Shown here piece by piece: positions 55,595-64,000 of a stretch of DNA of 64,000 nucleotides. How positions within the stretch are numbered: the first letter of the stretch is position 1; the number at the start of each line of letters is the position of its first letter. The notes under the pieces are model-generated. The model was not told the DNA's origin. It saw only the letters and a list, made by a program, of their open reading frames with translations, and did no database searches. The translations under genes were made by a program, and so were the position numbers. This DNA comes from Eledone cirrhosa (Eukaryota), in assembly GCA_964016885.1 (NCBI GenBank), contig OZ024741.1, positions 114,948,001 to 115,012,000 on the forward strand, given 5' to 3'.

Positions 55595-56118
55595 CCCCAA
55601 AGGTCAATTACAAAAAAGATAGTTGGCATGACAGGCCTTGACTATTGGTGTCGATTAGAAAAGCACAAACTTTATTCTCTCCAACGTTGCCGTGAGCGCT
55701 ACATTATCTGCATGATGTGGAAAATATTCCATCAGCTTTGCCCAAATGATGTTGGCATAATCTTTAGTGTACACCCAAGGCTTGGACCCGGTGCTATCCG
55801 CCCACGACAAAAATCTCACTCGCATCACATAACAACAATACGGCACAATTATTTCACCTCAATTGGCCCTGCACTCTTTAACATTACACCAAAACACATC
55901 AAAGCAGAGACAGAACCCATCAAGTTCAAGAAGTCTTTGGACAAATTCCTTAAAGAAATCCCGGATAAGCCTCCTACACCCGGATATGTATCCGTAAACA
56001 ATAACTCTCTGCTTGAGTGGGCCATGGTGCCCAAACACTGATATGTAAGACTTCGCCAGGTGGTGCTATTAAGTTAGACATGGCCTGGGCCAATACTGGC
56101 CGAAACCTATCAAAGTTA
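55595..56118 (+). mobile_element. 5'-truncated copy of a LINE related to 56782-61398, inserted in (TA)n
   Basis: [33 protein letters not shown]; conserved 3' UTR ending CAAAGTTA(TA)n. Confidence 0.92.
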
Positions 56119-56394
56119 TATATATATATATATGTATGTATATATATGTATATATATATATGTATATATATATATGTATATATATGTATATATATATATC
56201 TATATATATATGTATATATATATGTATATGTATATATATGTATATATATATATGTATATATATATGTATATGTATATATATATATGTATATACATATATA
56301 TATATATGTATATGTATATATACATATGTATATATATGTATATATATATATATGTATATATATATGTATATGTATATATATATGTATATATATG

Positions 56395-56470
<76 letters not shown>

Positions 56471-56514
56471 CATATGTATATATATTTATATATATGTGTA
56501 TATATATATGTATG

Positions 56515-56549
<35 letters not shown>

Positions 56550-56588
56550 GTATATATATGTATATATATATATGTATATATATGTATA

Positions 56589-56687
<99 letters not shown>

Positions 56688-56717
56688 GTATATGTATATA
56701 TATATATGTATATATAT

Positions 56718-56783
<66 letters not shown>

Positions 56784-57188
56784 CAGTTGAGCAGTTGAAG
56801 TATAAGGACGTGTTTTTACTTCTCTCCCCGAGTAAGCAGCAAGTCACACAGCCACAAAACAAAACAAAACCAAACAAACAAAAATTGACCGGTTAATACA
56901 TTTACATACATCTATATTATTATATATTTGAAACCACGTGTTTTCGAACTTGTGAGTACATTTTCCTTTAACTACAAATTATTATTATATACTTTCGTCT
57001 TTTCATTAACTTAATTAATTTCAAATAACCAGAATATACATATATATATATATATACTCATATTTATATATATACTCTTCTCACTCACACACAAGAAAAA
57101 CAAAAAACAAAAATAAATCAAAAATAAATTCAAAAAAAATATATATATATTGAAATACTTAACTAAAACACACACACTCAAAACTAGA

Positions 57189-58322
57189 ATGGCTAACCAG
57201 CAAAAATCCAAACAGAACTGGTCTGATAATGAAATCGACATTCTAATAAACACATGGCATTGCCTTACCCAAACAGAAGACATAGATGCTTCATCTCTGA
57301 ACGACATTGCTAAACGTACAGTTCAATTTTTGAAAACTCGATCTGAACAACAGATTCAAAATAAATTAAAGCAAATCGAAATTGCTTTTAAATTAATCAA
57401 TAAACATTTGGATAAACTACGGTGTGTTTTTTCTTCGAATGCTGTCCAGCAGCAGCAACAACAACAACAGCAGCTACAACGGCAACAACAACAACAGCAA
57501 CAACAACAACAACGACAACAACAGTGTGAACCACTCCTTGATTCATCAACAATGGCCGATCTACTAAATGAAACTATTGACCCCCCAGTAGCCTCTGTCT
57601 CACAGTATGAAACGCCACATCCTTTCTCTGGCCCAGCAGTCCAATCATCACCACTGCCAACATCTCTGCCTACTACTACTACTACTACTACAACATTTTT
57701 GTCTACTGCTATGTCAAGGAATTTAACTTCTAATACCAGAACAAGAACTCTCCCTCCCACAGTCCACAAAGGTCGTCAAATCCTACCCAAACCATCATCT
57801 ACACCTCTCACAACACACACACCCACATACCCACCCACTCGAAACCCCATCATTTTCCGCTACTCTCTACGCTATAGAATATGTACGGATAGTGGCTGCA
57901 AATTCACCCATTTACCTAGGATAAAACGATCTATCCCCACAAACAGCCACCACCATAATACATACTCTAATTTAACACCAACACAACCACCAATAACTCA
58001 AACAAGGAATCCACTAATCTGCCGCTTTTCCCTGCGAGACAGATTGTGTTTAGACCGGGATTGTCCCTTTACCCATCTCCCGGGGACTCGTCGGACAAAT
58101 GAAAATAAAAATAAAATTAAAAATAAAAGCAAAAACAAAAACCATAACCTACATAAAAATAACCACTACCACAGTCACCAACAGTCTTCTAAACAGGAAA
58201 CTTCTTCCTCTTTTTTAGCCATAATGAATCTGGCAAAAGAACTGAAAAAAAACATTCGAGCTATCACCCAGCACCACCCTCCACTATCACCCCACTGCAC
58301 AAACTCCCATTGCTGCCATTAA
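57189..58322 (+). CDS. LINE ORF1: N-terminal Myb/SANT-like motif, polyQ, polyT, two CCCH-like fingers
   Basis: NWSDNEIDILINTW..RSEQQIQNK; CRFSLRDRLCLDRDCPFTH plus a degenerate first copy. Confidence 0.8.
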   Translation: MANQQKSKQNWSDNEIDILINTWHCLTQTEDIDASSLNDIAKRTVQFLKTRSEQQIQNKLKQIEIAFKLINKHLDKLRCVFSSNAVQQQQQQQQQLQRQQQQQQQQQQRQQQCEPLLDSSTMADLLNETIDPPVASVSQYETPHPFSGPAVQSSPLPTSLPTTTTTTTTFLSTAMSRNLTSNTRTRTLPPTVHKGRQILPKPSSTPLTTHTPTYPPTRNPIIFRYSLRYRICTDSGCKFTHLPRIKRSIPTNSHHHNTYSNLTPTQPPITQTRNPLICRFSLRDRLCLDRDCPFTHLPGTRRTNENKNKIKNKSKNKNHNLHKNNHYHSHQQSSKQETSSSFLAIMNLAKELKKNIRAITQHHPPLSPHCTNSHCCH

Positions 58323-61300
58323 CAAACAAACAAATTAACAACACACCAAAACAATTAAAACCATCCACTCTCGCCTCTACATTTTTGCTTAACGCCCAAG
58401 GCATCAGCCCTTCCACCAATACTCAAAAATGGAAGATCAAATTCCTGGAGGACTGGATTGATGTCCATCCAAACCACATCCCTTTCTTCGTCCTCACTGA
58501 AACCCATCTCAGTAACCTCCACTTGGAAGCCGAGGTGAAAGTTAAAAATGTCAAAGCCATCCGTGCTGATCGCGCTGGCAGAAGAAAGGGCGGAACTGCC
58601 ATTTATGTCCATAATTCTTTCTCAACAGAGGCTATGAACATATTCACTAATGGATACTGTGAAGCAGTCACTGTATTCAGTCAAACCAACAACCTATTAG
58701 TAGTTGGGCTCTATAGGCCACCCCAAACGCCTGTACCATGCTTCAAGGAATGCCTCAACAGCATAAAGTGTTTCATCCAAGAGTGTCACCCTGACAACAT
58801 CTTAATGATGGGGGACTTCAACCTCCCCGGAGTTGACTGGTCCACAAACAGCCTGCCACCAGGTTCTTCTGCCTCAACCTCTGACAGGGAAGCTGTGGAA
58901 TCGCTTCTTGACTTCATGGATGATTTCTTCCTATCCCAACTGGTGCTTGAACCAACAAGGTGCCACAAAAACGTCCTAGACTTAATTTTCAGCAATCACA
59001 CTGACAATATCCACAATATTGCAGTGGAGAAAACTCTACTCTCTGATCATGACATGGTTCTCTGTGATCTGAGATTCCACCGTCCAATATACAAACCCAA
59101 TGTCATCTCTCCTGTCCATCCGTTTGACGCTATGGATTTCCACAATGCAAACTGGGAAGCGATCAGTCATGATCTTGCACATGTCGACTGGTCCTTCACG
59201 CACACTCATACACCCACTAACATCAAAAAGTCCTGGCAGACATTTGTGGACACTGTTACAAACATATGTGCTAAACACACCCCATTAAGAACTATAAACA
59301 AATCTAAGAGCAGAATCCCTAGAAATAGAAAAACGCTCATCAGAAAAATTAAGAGAACGAACAAAAAAATCAACAAGCTGAAATACTGTCAGCAGCAACA
59401 CATCAACTTGACTGCCATTTCATCACTAGAGATTAAAAAACATAACCTCCAAAACAACATAATGTCCCTCCTCAACAATCAGAGAAGAGCTGAAGAGGCC
59501 TGGGCCATTGAGAAGATCAAACTCAATCCCCAAGTGTTCTTTTCATTTGCAAAAAAAACACAAAATCACTGGCTCTACTGTTGGCCCTCTAATTGATGAA
59601 AATGGCACTCTTCAAGACAATGCTAAAACCATGGGTGAGATACTGCAGAAACAATACTGCTCTGTTTTCAGCAATCCTGATATGGCCGATCTGGGCTGTA
59701 TCGGCGATGTTACTCCCCATTACACCTTATCGGACATAACGTTTGGCGCCCCTGATGTCTTGGCGGCAATAAAGGAAATCAAGCATAATTCAGCAGTAGG
59801 TCCCGATAGGTTCCCTGCTTGTGTCTTGAAGGCGTGTCAACACCAACTTGCATCTCCTCTTGCCAATCTGTGGCGGAACTCACTGGATGCTGGATATGTG
59901 CCAGAAAACCTTCTATCCCAGTCTGTTGTCCCAGTTTTCAAAAAGGGAAACAAATCCCTTGCCGTGAATTACCGTCCAATCTCACTCACCTCTCATATCA
60001 TTAAGGTATTTGAGAGAGTGGTGAGATCGCGAATGACCCACTTCCTTGAGAGTAACAATATGCTGAACTCCAACCAGCATGGATTCCGTAATGGAAGGGA
60101 TTGCCTGACGCAGCTACTGCATCACTTTGATGACATTTTGAGAGCCTTGGGAGAGGGTTCCAACACTGATGTTATCTACCTTGATTTCAGCAAGGCCTTT
60201 GACAGGGTTGATCATAACATTCTACTGAGAAAGCTGTCCAATATTGGTGTCACTGGAAAGCTGCTGCAGTGGATCAAGAGCTTCCTGTCAAACAGAACCC
60301 AACATGTTGTAGTTGAGGGAGTCAAATCAAGCCCAGCCAAAGTCAGTAGTGGGGTCCCACAAGGCACTGTGTTGGGCCCACTTCTCTTCATCATCTATAT
60401 TAATGACATCACTGACATCATCAAACTAAGCAACATTAAAATTTTCGCTGATGATTCCAAGCTCCAAAAGGTCATCAATGGCGTGGATGACCGGATAAGC
60501 CTTCAGTCAGACCTACTGGCTGTTACCCAATGGGCAGAAAAGAACAACATGTTACTGAACGAAGACAAATTCGAACTGATCCACTTTGGAAAAGAGGATG
60601 CTCTGAAACTCCCGTACTCCCTTCCCTCCGGGGAAACTCTCGTAGCATCTAACAACATCAGAGACTTGGGAGTAACCGTGGACAGCAACATAAGCTGGAC
60701 CACGCATATAAGCAGCAAAGTTGACATGGCCCGCAGAATGTGTTCCTGGATCCTCAGAACCTTCCAGTCGAGAGATTCCCGCACCATTATCCTTCTCTTC
60801 TCTACTTTTGCCCGACCACACCTTGAATACTGTTGTCCACTGTGGTCTCCCCACACGAAACAAAGTATCATGAAACTTGAAGCTCCTCAAAGGGCAATCA
60901 CGAAAAAGATAGATGGCATGTCAGACCTTGACTACTGGGGTCGATTAGAAAACCTGAAACTTTACTCACTCCAACGTCGCCGTGAGCGTTATATTATCTG
61001 CATGATGTGGAAAATGTTCCATCATCACTGCCCAAATGATGTTAGCATCACCTTCAAGATACACCCAAGGCTTGGGCCCCGTGCTATACGTCCCATTCAA
61101 AAATCTAAATCGCAACTCATAACAACAATACGGCACAATTATTTCACCTCAATCGGCCCTGCTCTCTTCAACATCACACCAGGACACGTCAAAACAGAAA
61201 CTGACCACACAAAATTCAAGAAGTCTTTGGACAAATTCCTCCAAGTAATCCCGGACAAACCACCCACACCCGGATATGTCTGCGCAAACAGTAATTCTCT

Positions 61301-61331
61301 TCTCGAATGGGCCATGGTACCCAAATCCTGA
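58310..61331 (+). pseudogene. LINE ORF2: APE endonuclease + reverse transcriptase, single +1 A frameshift in the A-run at 59551-59558
   Basis: LLNAQG, LTETHL, GGTAIYV, YRPP, MGDFN, VLDL, SDH; NYRPISLTS, QHGFR, LDFSKAFD, GVPQG.VLGP, FADD. Confidence 0.93.
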
Positions 61332-61415
61332 ATTGAAAGACTTCGCCAGGTGGTGCTATTAAGTTAGACATGGCCTGGGCCATTACTGGCCAAAACATTT
61401 CAAAGTTATTCAAAG

Positions 61416-61588
<173 letters not shown>

Positions 61589-61599
61589 CATATATATAC

Positions 61600-61652
<53 letters not shown>

Positions 61653-61673
61653 CATATATATACATATATATAC

Positions 61674-61704
<31 letters not shown>

Positions 61705-61739
61705 CATATATATACATATATATACATATATATATATAC

Positions 61740-61774
<35 letters not shown>

Positions 61775-61864
61775 CATACATTATATATACATTCATATAT
61801 ATATATTGCTATTTCAGAGCTCCAATTCTAATTTTTATATATATATATACATATATACATATAT

Positions 61865-61968
<104 letters not shown>

Positions 61969-62131
61969 TAGAATTGGAGCTCTGAAATAGCAATATATAT
62001 ATATGAATGTATATATAATGTATTTTGCAATACACTTTATGCTTAATTAAAAGCATTTTGAAGACCGTATGCTATCGTTTTAGAGTAGTGACAAACTCAC
62101 TTACTTTAATCTCAGCAAACAAGGGGAGATA

Positions 62132-62176
62132 AGCTGACAAGGCCTTGTTTCGCATTTTTTGATGCTTATCAAGACT
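62132..62176 (-). ncRNA. minimal hammerhead ribozyme, U3-A8 core, weak stem I
   Basis: rc: AGTC-TTGATAA-GCAT..ATGC-GAAA-CAAGGCCTTG-TC-AGCT. Confidence 0.65.
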
Positions 62177-62298
62177 AACTACTCCCTCCTGCCTACTGAG
62201 ATCACTGATGTTATATTCTTATAGAATTCTAGTAAATAATTTACTAGAATTACATTATACATACATTATATATACATTTATATATATATATATAACTA

Positions 62299-62379
<81 letters not shown>

Positions 62380-62380
62380 T

Positions 62381-64000
<1,620 letters not shown>

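Larger units (their letters stand above)
56782..61398 (+). mobile_element. full-length CR1/L2-group non-LTR retrotransposon in (TA)n
   Basis: 5' UTR, ORF1, ORF2 (APE-RT), short 3' UTR ending TTCAAAGTTA TTCAAAGTTA; (TA)n on both sides. Confidence 0.93.

Noticed and set aside
57356-57769. Cys-rich antisense ORF
   Set aside because: Reverse translation of the CAA/CAG polyQ tract in ORF1
59551-59558. A-run frameshift in ORF2 as programmed recoding
   Set aside because: Single extra A in a homopolymer within a normally continuous ORF2; mutation or assembly error

Overview
AT-rich animal genomic DNA, probably from a cephalopod (inferred from an Octopus-like SINE). I found no convincing host gene; almost all short ORFs are translations of (TA)n/(TG)n microsatellite. 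Positions 1-44.5 kb and 62-64 kb form a dense nest of Penelope-like retroelements (PLEs; RT plus C-terminal GIY-YIG endonuclease) and non-coding tandem arrays, separated by (TA)n tracts interrupted by GT (TATAGTTATA). Reading both strands shows type I hammerhead ribozyme (HHR) folds in at least 11 unrelated repeat families. These include arrays of ~572, ~470, ~483 and ~638 bp units with one HHR per unit (retrozyme-like), and three families with a U3-A8 catalytic core. Many inserts share one architecture: a minus-sense left arm and a plus-sense right arm, both 3' ends pointing outward and ending at TATA microhomologies with the (TA)n target. Positions 44.5-62 kb contain hAT, Tc1/mariner, Helitron, SINE and RTE relics, and a near-intact CR1/L2-group LINE whose ORF2 has no ATG before its endonuclease domain and may be reached by -1 frameshifting. 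All folds and coordinates were read by eye and need computational confirmation.
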